This document shows, in pieces, positions 39,091 through 48,567 of a stretch of DNA of 64,000 nt (position 1 is the first letter of the stretch; each line of letters opens with the position of its first letter). This stretch comes from Thiobacillus sp. 65-1402 (GTDB lineage: Bacteria > Pseudomonadota > Gammaproteobacteria > Burkholderiales > Thiobacillaceae), in assembly GCF_001897685.1 (NCBI RefSeq), contig NZ_MKUG01000102.1:7937-71936 (forward strand), in the 5' to 3' direction. Under the pieces are notes generated by a model. It had not been told where the DNA came from. It worked only from the letters and a program-made list of their open reading frames with translations, and did not search any database. A program made the position numbers and the translations under genes.

Positions 39091-40446
39091 ATGACATCCC
39101 GACGGAAAGCGGAACTCGAACTGCTCGACGAGGCCCTGGCAATCCTCGACGCCGGCTTCGCCAGCCTGCCGGACGCCCGTCCCGGCGCTCTCCCCGCCGG
39201 CCTGCGCGAAGCCCTGCTCGCAGCGGCAGAGCGCCTGCGCGATACCGCCCCCTATCATCACCCGCTCTACCTGGGGCACATGCAGAAGCCGCCTCATCCT
39301 GCCGCCCGGCTGGCCTACTCCCTGAGCCTCGGCCTCAACCCCAACAATCACGCCTATGACGGCGGCCGCGCCAGCTCGCGCATGGAACAGGAGGCGGTAG
39401 CCCGGATCGCAGCCATGTTCGGTTGGGACACCCACCTCGGGCACCTGTGCGGCGGCGGCACGCTGGCCAACTTCGAGGCGCTCTGGGTAGCGCGGGAACT
39501 CGGCCACGGCCGGGGCATCGCCGCCTCGGTCCAGGCCCATTACAGCCACGCGCGGCTGGCGGGCGTGCTGGGCGTGCCATTCCACCCGATTGCGGCGGAT
39601 CGCCTGGGGCGCATGGACATCGCAGCCCTGGAGCGCGCGCTGGCCAAGGGCACGGTGGGAACCGTGGTGGCCACCCTGGGCACCACAGCCACCGGCGCCG
39701 TGGACCCGCTTCACGACATCCTGGCCCTGCGCCGGCGCCACGCCTTCCGCCTGCATGTGGATGCCGCCTACGGCGGCTATTTCACCCTCGCGGCCAACCT
39801 CGGCGACGATGCCCGACGCGCCTTCGACGCCCTGTCCCAAGCCGATTCCATAGCCGTGGACCCTCACAAGCACGGCCTGCAGCCCTACGGCTGCGGCTGC
39901 ATCCTGTTCCGCGACCCGCATGTCCGGCAGGTCTACCGGCATGACTCGCCGTATACCTACCTGGACAGCGCCGATCCACACCTGGGGGAAATCTCCCTGG
40001 AATGCTCGCGCCCCGGCGCCGCCGCCGTGGCCTTGTGGACCACCCTGCGGCTGCTGCCCCTGGTTCGCGGCGGCGAATTCGCCCACGGGCTGGAAGCCGG
40101 CCGCAACGCCGCCCTGGCGCTACACCAGGCGCTGGCGCAAGATGAACGCTTCGTCCCGCTGTCGCCGCCACAGCTCGACGTCGTCGTCTGGGCCGTACGC
40201 GCCGACAGCGCCAGTCTGGCCTCGGCCAGGACGCGCCAGGTTTTTCAGGCCGCCCGGGAACGCGACCTGCATCTGGCCATGGTCACCATGCCCAGGGCCA
40301 TGCTGGAGCCGTTCAAGCCAGTGCGTGCCTGGGATGCGGACACGATCACCTGCCTGCGCGCCTGCGTGATGAAACCGGAACACGGGGCGTGGCTGAAAGA
40401 AATCCTCGAACGGCTGGACGGGGCAGCCGGGAAATATCTGGCGTGA
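39091..40446 (+). CDS. Group II PLP-dependent decarboxylase (probable tyrosine decarboxylase, MfnA-like)
   Basis: GGTLANFEAL, GTTATGAVD, HVDAAYGG, DPHKHG; in cofactor cluster. Confidence 0.8.
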   Translation: MTSRRKAELELLDEALAILDAGFASLPDARPGALPAGLREALLAAAERLRDTAPYHHPLYLGHMQKPPHPAARLAYSLSLGLNPNNHAYDGGRASSRMEQEAVARIAAMFGWDTHLGHLCGGGTLANFEALWVARELGHGRGIAASVQAHYSHARLAGVLGVPFHPIAADRLGRMDIAALERALAKGTVGTVVATLGTTATGAVDPLHDILALRRRHAFRLHVDAAYGGYFTLAANLGDDARRAFDALSQADSIAVDPHKHGLQPYGCGCILFRDPHVRQVYRHDSPYTYLDSADPHLGEISLECSRPGAAAVALWTTLRLLPLVRGGEFAHGLEAGRNAALALHQALAQDERFVPLSPPQLDVVVWAVRADSASLASARTRQVFQAARERDLHLAMVTMPRAMLEPFKPVRAWDADTITCLRACVMKPEHGAWLKEILERLDGAAGKYLA

Positions 40447-40507
40447 AAGGATGATTACATTGGCGGATAATGCCCGGCTTCGCCCAACCGACAGAAGCCC
40501 GCACCGC

Positions 40508-41902
40508 ATGCAAAAAGAAGCCAAAGAAAAACCCCGGTACGCCGTCGTGGCGTCGGTGCAGCTGCCAGGGGTGAGCGACGTTGAATTCGAGGCGTCGCTG
40601 ACCGAACTGCGCGAGCTGGCGAAAACACTGGGGTTCACGGTCACCCGCACGTTCACGCAAAAGCGTTCCGGCTTCGACTCGACGGCTTATCTGGGCGTCG
40701 GCAAGCGGCAGGAGATACGCCGCTTCGTGAACATCGAACCGGGCGACGCAAGCGAACCCGACCGCGCACCGCAGAACCCCCTGCATCGTCTCTCCACGTT
40801 CGTCGAGGGCCTGGACGACGCGGTCTCGGCCGAGCCGATCGACGTCATCTTCGTCGACCACGAAATCTCGCCGTCGCAGGCGCGCAACCTCGAAAACGAG
40901 GTCGGCTGCCAGGTGATGGATCGCACCATGGTCATACTCGAAATCTTCCACCGCAACGCGCGCTCCCCTGCTGCGCGCGCGCAGGTGGAGATCGCGCGTC
41001 TGGGCTACCTGGCGCCGCGCCTGCGCGAGGCGGCGAAACTCGCGGGACCGCAAGGGCGGCAGCGCAGCGGCGTCGGCGGGCGCGGCGCCGGCGAGTCGCA
41101 CACCGAACTGGACAAGCGCAAGATCCGCGACCGCATCGCCGAACTGCAACAGGAAATCGCCGCGATGGACGTCGAGCGCAAGACGCAGCGCGCGCGCCGG
41201 CAGGCGCACCAGGGGCTCGCCAGCGTGGCGCTGGTGGGCTACACCAACGCGGGAAAATCCACCCTGATGCGCGCCCTCACCGGCAGCGAGGTGCTGGTCG
41301 CCAACAAGCTCTTCGCCACGCTCGACACCACCGTGCGCAGCCTCTACCCCGAGAGCATCCCGCACGTGCTGGTCAGCGACACGGTCGGCTTCATCAAGAA
41401 CCTGCCGCACGGGCTGGTCGCGTCGTTCAAGTCGACGCTCGAAGAGGCGCTCGATGCGTCGCTGCTGCTGCATGTCGTCGACGCCAGCGACCCCGGCTTC
41501 GAGCGGCAGATCGAAACCACCGAACACGTGCTGAACGAGATCGATGCGCAGAACGTGCCGCGCCTGCGCATTTTCAACAAGATTGACCACGTCGGCGACG
41601 CCACGGCGCAAGCCGAACGCGAAGCCGCGCTACGCGCCGCCTACCCCGGCTGCATCGTGATGAGCGCGCGCCGTCCCGGCGACGTGGCGCAACTGCACCA
41701 GGCGATCGTTGCGTTTTTCCAGCGGGATCTGGTCGAGGCCGAGCTTTTTCTTCCCTGGTCGGCACAGCAACTGCGCGGGGAGATATTCGCGCGCTGCGCG
41801 GTGCTGGAGGAGCGCGCCGACGACGCAGGTGCGTTCTTCCGCGTCCGCGCCGAGCAGACAACCCTGGATAGCCTGCGCGAGCGGCTCGGCCAGGCGCGAT
41901 GA
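40508..41902 (+). CDS. hflX: HflX GTPase
   Basis: VGYTNAGKST, LFATLDTT, DTVGFI, NKID. Confidence 0.9.
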   Translation: MQKEAKEKPRYAVVASVQLPGVSDVEFEASLTELRELAKTLGFTVTRTFTQKRSGFDSTAYLGVGKRQEIRRFVNIEPGDASEPDRAPQNPLHRLSTFVEGLDDAVSAEPIDVIFVDHEISPSQARNLENEVGCQVMDRTMVILEIFHRNARSPAARAQVEIARLGYLAPRLREAAKLAGPQGRQRSGVGGRGAGESHTELDKRKIRDRIAELQQEIAAMDVERKTQRARRQAHQGLASVALVGYTNAGKSTLMRALTGSEVLVANKLFATLDTTVRSLYPESIPHVLVSDTVGFIKNLPHGLVASFKSTLEEALDASLLLHVVDASDPGFERQIETTEHVLNEIDAQNVPRLRIFNKIDHVGDATAQAEREAALRAAYPGCIVMSARRPGDVAQLHQAIVAFFQRDLVEAELFLPWSAQQLRGEIFARCAVLEERADDAGAFFRVRAEQTTLDSLRERLGQAR

Positions 41903-42049
41903 GCCGGTCCATTGCCGCGGCCGGACACCAGTTCGGTTCGATATTTCCATAAGCAGCCGTTCACTGCGGGCATTCGCGGTGCTCAGCCTGAGCGCCCGCC
42001 GCCGAACGATGCTTCAGCAACCAGAGGCCGCAGCCATCGCCTGCGGCGA

Positions 42050-42745
42050 TTACGCTCCCTGCACCGTCTCCCGCCCCATTGCCTCACTGAGCGCCGCCAG
42101 GGCGCCCGGATCCAGCGCCCAGGTGCGGGCGTGATTGCGGCAGAGGGCGCCGCGAAATCCCAGATAGTCCGCGCCGATCGGCGCGAGGACGGGAATGTCG
42201 GCCAGCCTGAGCGAGCCGGCCAGGCCGCTGAGCAGTCCCGGCTTTTTCGCCTGCGCCACGAACTGCGCCAGGCGCGCCACCGGCTGATGGGCCAGCAGGC
42301 TGCCGCCGGCCTTGTCCGCCGTGTCGAGCATGACGCCCGTGAAATCCCGTTCGGCGAGCCGCTCGATCAGGCTGAAATCCGGCTCGCGGTCGGCGAACAG
42401 CACGGCCACCAGGCGGTGGCGGCTGGCGAGCGGCGCCAGCGCATCCAGGCAATCGGCCAGCGCGGGCGACGGTAACAGGCCGATCTTGACGAAGTCGATG
42501 CCGGTGGCGGCCATGGCGGCAACGGCGTCCGCCACCGCTGCGGGGTCCATGTCCGGGAAATCGCCGATGGTGGCGCTGACCGGGACGCGCCCGCCCACCG
42601 CCGCGGCGATGGCGCGCACGGTGTCGTGCGGCAGTGCGCCAAGCGCACCGGCATGCGGGTTCTTGGCATCGACGATGGCGGCGCCGGCGGCCAGCACCTG
42701 GCGCGCCTCGGCGGCATCGGTGATGCTGGCGAGCCAGGCGGTCAT
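42050..42745 (-). CDS. 4-HFC-P synthase-like protein (Orf22/MfnB-like)
   Basis: DAKNP..GALGA, SATIGD, MLDTADK, GLAGSL, GFRGALC. Confidence 0.85.
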   Translation of the reverse strand: MTAWLASITDAAEARQVLAAGAAIVDAKNPHAGALGALPHDTVRAIAAAVGGRVPVSATIGDFPDMDPAAVADAVAAMAATGIDFVKIGLLPSPALADCLDALAPLASRHRLVAVLFADREPDFSLIERLAERDFTGVMLDTADKAGGSLLAHQPVARLAQFVAQAKKPGLLSGLAGSLRLADIPVLAPIGADYLGFRGALCRNHARTWALDPGALAALSEAMGRETVQGA

Positions 42746-43305
42746 GCCGCTTCCCGGTGCGCCGCGATCTTCTCCCTGAGCCAGCCCCACGCTTCCAGCT
42801 CGCGCGGCCCGGCGGTCTTGTCGATGGCGATGGCGAGGTAGTCCATTTCCCGCTGCACCTTGTCGGCAGGCAGCATGTTCAGGCGGCTGACCAGGATGCA
42901 CGCTTCGATGACGGCGGCCTGGGCGCGATTGTGGCCGGGAAACGGCGCGTGGTTGCGGGCGAGCAGTTCGCGGCACAGAAAGCGCGGCCGCAGCGGATCT
43001 TCCTCGATGCGCGCCACTTCCAGCTCGATGTGGCTGAGAGCGCTTTCCAGGCGGCCGCAGGCGATGCGTTCGCATGGCATGAGCGGCCAGTCGCGCCGCC
43101 CGGTGAGGCAGCCGGCGAACACACGCGTGTCGTCGGTGTGGCTCAGGGCGGCCAGGCCGGTGGCGCGCAGGTTGTCCAGGGTGCGCGAGGGATGAAACGG
43201 CGCCAGCACGACGAACTCGCCTTCGCGCCGAAAACCCAGCGGGGCGATGTGGGTGGTGCCGTCGGACGTGGCGCTGGTGAGGATGGCTTCGAAGATCAGG
43301 CTCAT
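42742..43305 (-). CDS. DUF447 family protein (Orf19-like)
   Basis: HIAPLG, PSRTLDNL, NRAQAAVIEA, IAIDKTAG. Confidence 0.8.
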   Translation of the reverse strand: MSLIFEAILTSATSDGTTHIAPLGFRREGEFVVLAPFHPSRTLDNLRATGLAALSHTDDTRVFAGCLTGRRDWPLMPCERIACGRLESALSHIELEVARIEEDPLRPRFLCRELLARNHAPFPGHNRAQAAVIEACILVSRLNMLPADKVQREMDYLAIAIDKTAGPRELEAWGWLREKIAAHREAA

Positions 43306-44702
43306 GGCAATGCTCTCGTTGTATCGGCGCGGGTCGGCCCAGGGGCGCACTGCTGGCTCATGTCTTCGGCCGGGCGCGGCTGCATGCAGCCCCAGGCCAG
43401 CTGCTCGTCCTGGCTGTAGCGCTTGCCGAGCTGCCAGGCGATCTGGGCGCGGGCGAGCTCGACGCCCAGGTAGAAGGCGTGGCCGCCGTCGTGTTCAAGC
43501 TTGAGATGCGGCCAGAGCTGGAAGGGATCGGTGGCGGTATGCAGGCCGTCGCGGTTGTATATGTGCATGCCCGCCTGGCTGATCTGGATGCGGAAGCTGG
43601 GATCCTTCACCGCCGCAGCCATGGCGTCGATCTCGTCCGGGCCATAGGGGAATGGCTTGCGGTGGCGCAGCCCCAGGAGGTCGTCGGAAAAGTCGCAGGG
43701 CAGGCTTTGCGCCTCGCGGGCGGCGAACATGATGCGCCGGGCAGCATCGATCTCCCGCACCGCACTCTTGCAGTGGGGGCTGACCTGGGTGGTGAGCAGG
43801 GCCCGGATGTCGAGCTCGGCCATGATCCCCAGCAGCAGGGCATGGATGCCGGCGGTGTCGGCATCGGTAAGCTCGGAGACGTTGCCGGTGCCCATGAGGA
43901 TTTCCGCCTGGGGCATGCGCCGGCGCAGTTCGTGGTAGCGCGCCAGCGATGACGCGAAACCGAACGGCAGCGGGTCGAGGATGGGGTCGGCGAGGTAAGG
44001 CCTGCCGCGCGCCTCCAGCCGTTGCATGGCGCCGACCAGGTCGTCGAGGTCGCCGTGGCGGGCAGGGATCAGCACCGGGACGGAGGCAACCTCGTCGGCC
44101 AGGTGCAGGGTCTCGGAACTGAGCGACAACAGGTAATCGGCGCCGGCGCGGCCGCCGCGCAACAGTTCGTCGGTATCCAGCGAATCCACGCTGACCCGGT
44201 GGCCGGCGGCCTTGAGTGCGCGCACGGTCTCTTCCAGATGCGGGAACGGCGTCTGCGGCAGCCCGCCGATGTCGATCACGTCGGCGCCGTCGGCGGCATA
44301 GGCGGCGGCCTGGGCCAGAATGGCCTCGATGCCCATGCGCGGTGCATCCACCAGTTCGGCGAACAGGACGACATCGTGGCGCGAGAGGTCCGGTGCGCGG
44401 CGTTTACGGCCAAAAAATCCGGGCAGGTCCATGAGTTCGTCGGGGCCGCGTTCGACGGGGATGCCAAAATGCGCGGACAGTGCGGCCAGGTCGCCGCGGC
44501 AGCGGCCGGGCACCAGAATGCGGTCGGCCCGGCCGGTGTCGGTGAGGCGGCGACGGATCATGTCGGCGGTCATCAAGGCCGCCACCTGCACGCCCAGTAC
44601 CTGCACCTCCCAGGTGAAGCCGGCATCGCCCAGGTCGCCGAGCACGCGCCGGAGCTGCGATTCGGCCAGGCGGCCAGTCAGGAAAAGGATGTGTTCAGGC
44701 AT
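43302..44702 (-). CDS. Dihydropteroate-synthase-like protein (Orf20-like)
   Basis: ILFLTGRLAE, GADVIDIG, DPILDP, HAFYLGVELARA. Confidence 0.85.
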   Translation of the reverse strand: MPEHILFLTGRLAESQLRRVLGDLGDAGFTWEVQVLGVQVAALMTADMIRRRLTDTGRADRILVPGRCRGDLAALSAHFGIPVERGPDELMDLPGFFGRKRRAPDLSRHDVVLFAELVDAPRMGIEAILAQAAAYAADGADVIDIGGLPQTPFPHLEETVRALKAAGHRVSVDSLDTDELLRGGRAGADYLLSLSSETLHLADEVASVPVLIPARHGDLDDLVGAMQRLEARGRPYLADPILDPLPFGFASSLARYHELRRRMPQAEILMGTGNVSELTDADTAGIHALLLGIMAELDIRALLTTQVSPHCKSAVREIDAARRIMFAAREAQSLPCDFSDDLLGLRHRKPFPYGPDEIDAMAAAVKDPSFRIQISQAGMHIYNRDGLHTATDPFQLWPHLKLEHDGGHAFYLGVELARAQIAWQLGKRYSQDEQLAWGCMQPRPAEDMSQQCAPGPTRADTTRALP

Positions 44703-45235
44703 GCCAGGCGCTGCTCGATGGCCGCCTTGAGTGCGGCGACGCTCTCCGTCACGAGGGTATCGGGAAAACACTTCAGGCGCCGCGTGTTTTCCAGATCGAT
44801 GGGGCGCGGGTAGACCGTCACGGTACGGTCGGGTGCCTCGGTGATCATGGCCGGCTCGGTGTCGCAGGCGAACACGATGCTGGGAATGCGGCACTTGCCG
44901 GCCTGCGCGTAGAGGTTGGTCACCAGCGTGTCGGAAATGCCGGCGACACACTTGGCCACGGTGTTGGAGGTGGCCGGGCCGATGATCAGCGTATGGTAGT
45001 GGCCGCTGTAGAGAAAGCCCACCGGCACGCTGCTGGCGGTGTGGTCCTGGTAGACGCGGTGTTTTCCGCGCAGCGATTTGAGCGGGATGCCGTACATGCT
45101 CAGCACCTCGACGGCAGCGCGTGTCACGAATATATCCACGTCGGGCAGGCGATCGATCAGCTCCAGGCATTCGCGCAGATAATGGCCGGAGCCGGTCAGC
45201 CCCCAGGCGATGCGGGGCGTTTTCGGTTCAGTCAT
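44678..45235 (-). CDS. dmrB: Flavoprotein, dihydromethanopterin reductase (AfpA/DmrB-like)
   Basis: AWGLTGSGH, PATSNTVAK, AQAGKCRIP, YPRPID. Confidence 0.8.
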   Translation of the reverse strand: MTEPKTPRIAWGLTGSGHYLRECLELIDRLPDVDIFVTRAAVEVLSMYGIPLKSLRGKHRVYQDHTASSVPVGFLYSGHYHTLIIGPATSNTVAKCVAGISDTLVTNLYAQAGKCRIPSIVFACDTEPAMITEAPDRTVTVYPRPIDLENTRRLKCFPDTLVTESVAALKAAIEQRLACLNTSFS

Positions 45236-45728
45236 GACGCGGGTGGTGGCGTGATATCCCCCACTGGCGGTCGGCTTCCTCGACGCCGACTTCCAGCAGT
45301 TGCACGCCGGCCGTCAGATTCTCGCGGCGCAGGGCCTCCACCAGCCGCTCACCGATGTGGAAGGCAAGCAGTTCCGCCGTGACGTTGGCGATGGGCAGCA
45401 CGACGCAGCCTTCCTTTTCCACCCAGAAGCGTTTGCCGAAGCTTTCCGCCTTGATCAGGCCGTCTTCCTCGGCCAGCTTCACCACCGGGCTGGTGCCGGG
45501 CAGGATGACCCGGTCGGAAAGCTCCTGGCAGATGCCGCGGGCCAGACGGGTCAGGGCGACGAAATCCAGCACATAGCCCTCGCCGCTGTCGCCACCGTGG
45601 GCAGCCACCCGGGCATGGAAGTTATGGCCGTGCAGGTTTTCGCACACCTTGCCATAGGTGATGAAGTGGGCGGAGTTGAAGCCCAGGTCGGCAGGCTCGA
45701 CCCAGGTGACGAAGGGCGCGGACGGCAA
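45228..45728 (-). CDS. PTPS/QueD-family T-fold protein
   Basis: FNSAHFI..CENLHGHNF, VLDF, NVTAELLA; TTG start after AGGAGG. Confidence 0.8.
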   Translation of the reverse strand: MPSAPFVTWVEPADLGFNSAHFITYGKVCENLHGHNFHARVAAHGGDSGEGYVLDFVALTRLARGICQELSDRVILPGTSPVVKLAEEDGLIKAESFGKRFWVEKEGCVVLPIANVTAELLAFHIGERLVEALRRENLTAGVQLLEVGVEEADRQWGISRHHPRHD

Positions 45729-45729
45729 T

Positions 45730-47691
45730 TCATTCCTCCTTGTTGATGCGGATATTGAGATTTTTCATCTTGCGGTACAGCGTGTTGCGGCTGATGTCGA
45801 GATGGCGGGCAGCCAGGGTAACGTTCCAGCGGAACTTCTCCAGGTTGTGCAGGATAGCGTCGCGCTCCGCCGTTTCCAGCGACGACAGGGGCGCCGCCTC
45901 CGTGGCGCATTCCGCGTGCTGTGCACCCGGCGTCAGCCGGCTGATTTCCTCGAGCAGGTCATAGACCGTGATCTCCCTGCCCTCGCGCATCGCCAGCGCA
46001 GTGCGCAGGACGTTGCGCAACTGCCGGATATTGCCCGGCCAGGAATAGGCTTCCAGCTGGCGCAGCGCCCCCTCGCTGAGAACGGCCTCTTCTCTGGCGC
46101 CGCACTCCATGGCAAGAACGTGGCGGATCAGCTCGCGTTTGTCCTGGCGCTCGCGCAATGGCGGCAGGGTCAGGGTGATGCCTTGCAGTCGGTAGTACAG
46201 GTCTTCGCGGAAGCGGCCCTCGGCAACCAGTTCCTTGAGGTTGCGGTGGGTGGCGCTGATCAGCTTGAGGTCCACCTTGATCGGGATTTCCCCGCCCAGC
46301 GGGATGACCTCGCGCTCTTCCAGTACGCGCAGCAGGCGAGCCTGCAACATGACCGGCATATCACCGATCTCGTCCAGGAACAGCGTGCCGCCATTGGCCT
46401 GGAGTATCTTGCCGCGCCGTCCTTCGCGGTTGGCGCCGGTGAAGGCGCCCGACTTGTAGCCGAACAATTCGCTTTCGATCAGGGTTTCCGGAATCGACGC
46501 GCAGTTCACTGCGACGAAAGGCCGGTTTACGCCCGCCTGCGCGTAATGGATCGCCTGGGCAAAGATTTCCTTGCCGGTGCCGGTCTCGCCGGACAGCAGG
46601 ATGGGAATGTCGTGGTCCTGTACGCGTTTGGCACAGCGCACGTTGTATTCCATGGTCGGATCGCCGAACTGCAGCTCCTCCAGGTGCACGACCTTGGGGT
46701 TGCCCGGCACCGCGACCGCAGGCGCGGCACGGCGCGCGGGCGCAGCCGCCGACGGGCCTTGCTGTTCCGGCGGGCGCATCAGGCCGAAGAAACGATTGCC
46801 TTGACGGGCTTCGTAGAGCGGAACCGGGTTGAGCCAGCTCAGATTCTTGTGGCCGATCAACGCGGCCATGCCGGTATTGAACAGGTCGCGCAACTGCAGG
46901 CCGACCATGTCGGCCGGTTTCTTGTAGCCGAACTGGAACAGCGCACTGCGGTTGGCGGCGAGGATGCGACCTTCCTCGTCCAGCGCCAGGACGCCTTCCC
47001 ACAACGTACCGATGAGTTCGGGGCGGCTATGGAAACGAAGCGCATACTGGTCGCGGAAACGGCAGAGGAATGCACGGTTCTCGATGATCTGCGCCGACAT
47101 GTTGACCAGCACCAGCGTGTGCTGCTGCGCCATGTGGGAGAAACTGGAAGCATCCAGAACCGCGAGCAGGCCGCCCTCGGAGTCGAAAATGGGCGCGGCC
47201 GAACAGGTCAGGCCGATGTTGCGCGACAGGAAATGTTCATTGTGGTGGACCAGGATCGGACGCTGCTCGATGGCGCAGGTGCCCATGCCATTGGTTCCCT
47301 GGTGGCGCTCGCTCCACAGGGCGCCTTCCACCATGCCGCACTCGGCGGCAGTCTTGGTGAACGTCGGGTCGCCCAGAAAATCCAGCACCACGCCTTCACG
47401 GTCGGTCAGCAGCACCGAAAAACCGGAACCAGCCAGCTGCTGATAAAGCGTCGCCATTTCGCCCTGGGCAATGGCACGCAAGCGCTCCAGCGGCTCCTGG
47501 CGTTCCTTGAGTTCGCGACTGTCGAGAACCACGACCGGCTCATCCCTCACCGGATCGAGGCCGAAGTCGTGGGCGCATCGGTTCCATGAGCGCGCGATCG
47601 CCGGCACCACTTCCACCGGTTCCATCGCCCCCCCCAACCCCACCACCGCGTTTACCTGACGGGCATGTTCCAAGATTTCTTGCCTCTCCAT
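45730..47691 (-). CDS. sigma54-dependent activator (AcoR-like GAF-AAA+-Fis HTH)
   Basis: SWNRC, GTNGMGT, GETGTGKE, ELFGY..GAFTGA, LFLDEIGDM, WPGNIRQL, HTH ISRNTLYRK. Confidence 0.92.
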   Translation of the reverse strand: MERQEILEHARQVNAVVGLGGAMEPVEVVPAIARSWNRCAHDFGLDPVRDEPVVVLDSRELKERQEPLERLRAIAQGEMATLYQQLAGSGFSVLLTDREGVVLDFLGDPTFTKTAAECGMVEGALWSERHQGTNGMGTCAIEQRPILVHHNEHFLSRNIGLTCSAAPIFDSEGGLLAVLDASSFSHMAQQHTLVLVNMSAQIIENRAFLCRFRDQYALRFHSRPELIGTLWEGVLALDEEGRILAANRSALFQFGYKKPADMVGLQLRDLFNTGMAALIGHKNLSWLNPVPLYEARQGNRFFGLMRPPEQQGPSAAAPARRAAPAVAVPGNPKVVHLEELQFGDPTMEYNVRCAKRVQDHDIPILLSGETGTGKEIFAQAIHYAQAGVNRPFVAVNCASIPETLIESELFGYKSGAFTGANREGRRGKILQANGGTLFLDEIGDMPVMLQARLLRVLEEREVIPLGGEIPIKVDLKLISATHRNLKELVAEGRFREDLYYRLQGITLTLPPLRERQDKRELIRHVLAMECGAREEAVLSEGALRQLEAYSWPGNIRQLRNVLRTALAMREGREITVYDLLEEISRLTPGAQHAECATEAAPLSSLETAERDAILHNLEKFRWNVTLAARHLDISRNTLYRKMKNLNIRINKEE

Positions 47692-47824
47692 CACTCTCAT
47701 CCTCACGAAAGCAATATCCACGCCAAACCATTAACAACGACTCTGGATGTTTATTGTTCTTAAGGCGCAGCAGATTAAGGCTCCCTACCTTGGTATTGAA
47801 TATACCCGAGCCGACGAAGGGCGC

Positions 47825-47863
47825 GGGACAAATTGTCACGTAATCGGGACACCCAGCATGACA
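47825..47863. promoter_or_regulatory. Putative UAS
   Basis: GGGACA-aat-TGTCAC plus GGGACA and ATGACA half-sites. Confidence 0.55.
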
Positions 47864-47942
47864 ACGCCCGGCATTCCTTTTATCGGGCACGGCACACCCC
47901 GGCGGCAACTCCGGCCGTGGCTCCGGCACCCCGGCATCTTCA

Positions 47943-47958
47943 TGGCATGTCTCCTGCT
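47943..47958 (+). promoter_or_regulatory. sigma54 promoter for SCO-folE2
   Basis: TGGCATGTCTCCTGCT (GG-N10-GC). Confidence 0.65.
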
Positions 47959-47993
47959 TGACGCTTCCCATCTTCATTCCGCAAAGGAACGAT

Positions 47994-48542
47994 ATGTTGG
48001 AGGCGCTGCGTATTTTGCTGGTCTGGCTTGCCTTGTGCCTGGCTGGCCCGTCATGGGCAACGACGACGCTGGGGGGCGATTTCATGCTGCGCACTACCAG
48101 CGGGGAGCCGGTTTCGCTGTCGTCCCTGCAGGGCAAGGTCGTGCTGCTGTATTTCGGCTTTACCTACTGTCCGGAGATGTGTCCCGCCGAACTGCTCCAG
48201 TTCCAGCAACTGCTCGCTCAGTTGCCGCCCGAGAAACGCCACCTGGTGCAGCCCATTTTCATCAGCGTCGACCCGCAGCGCGACACCCCGGACGTGCTCG
48301 ACCCCTACATCAAGCACTTCGGCGGGGGAATCCTGGCCCTGACCGGTAGCGAACAGGAACTGCGCAAGGTGGCCGACCAGTATGGCGCCCAGTTCCGCTA
48401 CGTGCCGACCGGATCGAGCTACACCGTTGATCACACGGTCAACACCTACCTGATCGACACCGGCGGCAAGTTGGTGAAAATCATTCCCTATGGCACGCCC
48501 GGACCGGAAGTGCTGAAACAGGTTTCCAGATTCCTGCCGTAA
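47994..48542 (+). CDS. SCO1/SenC family protein (second copy)
   Basis: [27 protein letters not shown]. Confidence 0.9.
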   Translation: MLEALRILLVWLALCLAGPSWATTTLGGDFMLRTTSGEPVSLSSLQGKVVLLYFGFTYCPEMCPAELLQFQQLLAQLPPEKRHLVQPIFISVDPQRDTPDVLDPYIKHFGGGILALTGSEQELRKVADQYGAQFRYVPTGSSYTVDHTVNTYLIDTGGKLVKIIPYGTPGPEVLKQVSRFLP

Positions 48543-48567
48543 TGGCTCCGTTTACAGAAAGCCACCC

